This document shows, piece by piece, positions 60,944 through 64,000 of a stretch of 64,000 nucleotides of DNA; the first letter of the stretch is position 1, and each line of letters opens with the position of its first letter. Position numbers and translations under genes: made by a program. This DNA comes from Bdellovibrionales bacterium (GTDB taxonomy: Bacteria > Bdellovibrionota > Bdellovibrionia > Bdellovibrionales > JAGQZY01): NCBI GenBank assembly GCA_964230645.1, contig CAXRHT010000002.1:736001-800000 (forward strand). Reading direction: 5' to 3'. Under the pieces are notes generated by a model. That model was not told where the DNA came from, made no database searches, and saw nothing but the letters and a program-made list of their open reading frames with translations.

Positions 60944-62408
60944 AAGCTTCCTTCCTTATGACTTCTCTTCGTTTAATTTCCTCGAGATTAATATTTTCTG
61001 CTAAAAGTTCGTCTCTTACGATCTCATAAAGAAGCGGATCAACAGCCTGTAAACTCTCCCCTCGATGTTCATCAATAATGTGGGTAAAGTGCCAGAAAAT
61101 TTTAAGCTGACGGATGTGATCTTTTGAAACGGGCTCCTCTAGCATCGTGATCAGTTGAGCGAAACGCTCATCAAGTTCCGGAAATTTCGCAATAAAACGA
61201 GAGGAGTTTCTATATTCCTCAATTCGCCCAATGGCGATTTCTCGTCCCCGCCTTGGTAATATCCCTATGGAGAGATGCTTTGGAAATTGCAGAATATTAA
61301 GGTTGAACGGATGATGAAAAAAGTGAGGCGGTTTTTCGTCAAGCGTCTCAAGCCAGTTTAATAGGTCCGTAAAATGGAGAATGTTATTGAGCTGAATGGT
61401 ACTATTAACAAGAATTTTCGTCGACTCTGGACTCATTCTTTCTTTTACCTTCAAAAAATTTTCTTCAACGACTGACCAATCCGATGGATGGCGAATGTAC
61501 TCTTGTATGGCTCCCACTCCATCAATGCTGGCTATAAATTCAAACATTTTGAAGCGAGTCGATACATCCAGAAGGTTCTGATTCACCTTCATAAAATTAC
61601 TAGCAAGATAGACCGTGATATCTTTTGACCGACCTCGTTTGACAGTGTCTTTCAAAAACTTCTGCACCCCGGGCAACAAGCTTGGCTCCCCGCCCGCGAA
61701 ACTCAATTTCTCGATCGAAGGTAGAAACTGGACAACATTTTCCCACAGCACTTCATTTCTCATCCAATCGACATTAGACAACTGCTTGGCTTCCTCGTCC
61801 ATATGGTCATACATAAGATAAGAGGAGTTATCTTTGATTTCAGCGCTTTGGTATTTCTCTGAAAGCTCTTCAAGTTCCTTTTCAATCTGATTGCTGTCAT
61901 ACTTGTGACACATGCGGCATTTCAGATTGCATACATTACCCGGCTTTAACTCTAAATAGCGAGGGCTCGAGGAAACCTCTGAATCATTCTTTTCAGCCGT
62001 TACAATATCTTTTTTAACATCCAAACGATCCTCAGAAAGCCATTCATCAAAGCTACGGGTGCGCATACTGCCACCATGGGCCTTCTCTTCGTTGTAACAT
62101 TGCACACAGGCTGGGATTTTTTCACCAGCTAGCATCTTCTTCCTAATTTCTTTAAAACCCTGGCCATTCCATATTTTCTTTAAAGAATCTTCCCCCATGT
62201 TAAAGATTTCACCATCCTCTTTTTTGATGGGGTCATAGAAAAAACAACAAGGACGAATGGTTCCCCGGGGTGTTGAAGAAATATGAACAAATGGATTGGC
62301 ACAAAAGCTGGGATTTTTTTTCAACTCTTCGATCCGAGCATTAACCTCTTCTTCTGGGACATCTGGAGTTACCAGAGATTTGATACGTTCTGTGATTTGA
62401 CTGAACAT
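60921..62408 (-). CDS. Twitch-domain radical SAM protein
   Basis: CANPF..PCC..CVQC; CNLKCRMC; GGEP. Confidence 0.9.
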   Translation of the reverse strand: MFSQITERIKSLVTPDVPEEEVNARIEELKKNPSFCANPFVHISSTPRGTIRPCCFFYDPIKKEDGEIFNMGEDSLKKIWNGQGFKEIRKKMLAGEKIPACVQCYNEEKAHGGSMRTRSFDEWLSEDRLDVKKDIVTAEKNDSEVSSSPRYLELKPGNVCNLKCRMCHKYDSNQIEKELEELSEKYQSAEIKDNSSYLMYDHMDEEAKQLSNVDWMRNEVLWENVVQFLPSIEKLSFAGGEPSLLPGVQKFLKDTVKRGRSKDITVYLASNFMKVNQNLLDVSTRFKMFEFIASIDGVGAIQEYIRHPSDWSVVEENFLKVKERMSPESTKILVNSTIQLNNILHFTDLLNWLETLDEKPPHFFHHPFNLNILQFPKHLSIGILPRRGREIAIGRIEEYRNSSRFIAKFPELDERFAQLITMLEEPVSKDHIRQLKIFWHFTHIIDEHRGESLQAVDPLLYEIVRDELLAENINLEEIKRREVIRKEAFVREKWR

Positions 62409-62579
62409 AGGTTCCTCTACGAATAAAATTTGACACTAGCATTGCCAAAACCAAAGGTCCATCAACTCGCAACCAAAACCTCAATGATGGCTTCTAGGCC
62501 GGTCAAAGTTCAATTGAAGGCATTGGCTTCATCCTATTTGTCTCGGCTCTGAAACATCGCATTAGCCGATGGGATGCTA

Positions 62580-64000
62580 TTATTCGGGAGGGGGTGAAAT
62601 TTCGTCGATTCTGTAAATCCTAAACCGATCATTTTTATACTTCTGTTTCAATTGAAAGCGCATAACTCGCGTTTGCTGGGCCTTTTGATGCTCTTTCACA
62701 AGAGTGTCATAGAGTGTGTTTTCCTCGAGGAGTAAAACATCGCCCCCGTGCTCTTTAAATAGAACTTCGAGATCCTCAGGAGTTCTATAGTCTTCCTTGT
62801 CAATCATACGTTCTCGTTTATTGGAAAGGTCTTGAGTCTGATAGATGGGAAGACCAGACTTAATGGAAAACCAACAATGATTGTAATTGGTGACAGCCAT
62901 GAGGAGCCGATCACTTGGGCGAAGTTCATTCAGCAGCGCCCTTTGTGCTGAGTTGTAAAAAGGATCAAACTTCTCATCAATGGGTTTTAAAATATTTGAA
63001 ATAGAATTAGCAAGCATGATCCCCGCAAAGGTCACTAAAACGAAGCCTAAAAGTCGCCGAGGGACCCAGCGCTGCCAAAAAAACAAGGCGAAGGGAAGAC
63101 CTCCCAGGAAAAAAAGAAAGAAATAGCGAGCCTCAGGAAGAACCTCGTTATTCCCGACCCCAATGATTTTTAACGAAGTCACGATAAACACACTCATCGC
63201 GCAAACCCAGGCCCAACTCTTCTTCTTTTCCCAAAAGAGAAACCCGAGAACCCCTAGTGCGACAAAAATACCGTAGGGATAGCCGCCGAAGCCCGAGAAG
63301 ATCTTTGCCAAGCCTTCCCAATTAAGCCCGCTGAAGTCTCTTAAAATCTTATCAACTTGTTGCGCTTGGTAGTGTTCTTCAAAGGGTTTGAGTAAATTGC
63401 CCTCATAATAAAAATAATTAATGAAAAATAATAGGAGAGAGGAAAAAGCCAATTTACTATAATTTTTCCAGGAAATAGACTTCGCAAAACTCAAAAGAAA
63501 TCCAAACCCTAAAAAGAGGAACAAAATAGCCCAGCCTTCGATACGGACAAGGGCTCCTAATCCCAAAAACACTCCAGACAACCAATAGTTATTTTTAAGA
63601 ATAAAATAAAAAGCCGCAAAGGTAAGAAGGAGGTGAAGGGGTTCTGAGGCACCCATGGTCGAAAACTCAAGAAAAGGCCAGCACAGGGAAAGGACGACAA
63701 CGGAAAGTAGAGAAAGAATTCGATTCAGTCTGAGTCGACAAAAAAAGTAAAACAAGACACTCAGAAGGCTCGCCGCTACAACCGAAGACAATTCGGCGGA
63801 CTGAATGTAATCCGACTCGGTAAGGGGAAGATGCAGACGAATAAACAGGAAATGTAAGGGTGGCCAATTGGAAGGAGGAAAAAAGACCTCGCTTTCCACC
63901 CAGAGCTGGGTCTTACGTGAGCGACAGTAGTTGTCTTTAAGCCATCGATTCAACCCAGAGAGTTCAATCATAATCAGCAAACGATAAACATATGTGGATA
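62580..64000 (-). CDS. GT-C (ArnT/PMT-like) membrane glycosyltransferase, 5' end outside window
   Basis: Frame stays open to the window edge; WPPL, SE.L, LVRIEG, EARY; multiple TMs. Confidence 0.65.
   Translation of the reverse strand, partial: STYVYRLLIMIELSGLNRWLKDNYCRSRKTQLWVESEVFFPPSNWPPLHFLFIRLHLPLTESDYIQSAELSSVVAASLLSVLFYFFCRLRLNRILSLLSVVVLSLCWPFLEFSTMGASEPLHLLLTFAAFYFILKNNYWLSGVFLGLGALVRIEGWAILFLFLGFGFLLSFAKSISWKNYSKLAFSSLLLFFINYFYYEGNLLKPFEEHYQAQQVDKILRDFSGLNWEGLAKIFSGFGGYPYGIFVALGVLGFLFWEKKKSWAWVCAMSVFIVTSLKIIGVGNNEVLPEARYFFLFFLGGLPFALFFWQRWVPRRLLGFVLVTFAGIMLANSISNILKPIDEKFDPFYNSAQRALLNELRPSDRLLMAVTNYNHCWFSIKSGLPIYQTQDLSNKRERMIDKEDYRTPEDLEVLFKEHGGDVLLLEENTLYDTLVKEHQKAQQTRVMRFQLKQKYKNDRFRIYRIDEISPPPE

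Noticed and set aside
62410..62578. RiPP precursor for the radical SAM pair
   Set aside because: No plausible small ORF with an RBS was found in the gap

Overview
A gene-dense chromosomal segment of about 60 CDS, with no rRNA, tRNA, CRISPR array, transposase or prophage gene seen. The FQNC-type lipoproteins, sigma-28-like CCGATA promoters and many secreted hydrolases and adhesins suggest a predatory Bdellovibrionota bacterium (inference). Housekeeping and stress genes include a DEAD helicase, an arsR/arsI/acr3/arsC island, betA, pepN, orn, ahcY, map, ettA, bolA, cls, a Rep/UvrD helicase, fumC, dus and grxC. Four things stand out. (1) A split minus-strand aminophenol/kynurenine-type catabolic cluster: SDR, luciferase-like monooxygenase, ALDH8/AmnC-type dehydrogenase, AmnB, AmnA, a class-3 asparaginase homologue whose Cys/Lys/Cys zinc motif reads Ser/His/Asp, and a RidA deaminase. 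(2) Two ~180-bp palindromes with a shared 44-bp core but unrelated perfect 38/41-bp arms, plus other REP-like repeats. (3) A ~240-nt multi-hairpin intergenic ncRNA candidate with repeated C-rich loops. (4) A signal-peptide-bearing PD-(D/E)XK-like protein, an H1-like/SWIB fusion, a Zn-ribbon/Tudor protein upstream of a Tudor-less helicase, and tandem twitch radical-SAM genes. All calls come from reading motifs by eye; no database searches were run.
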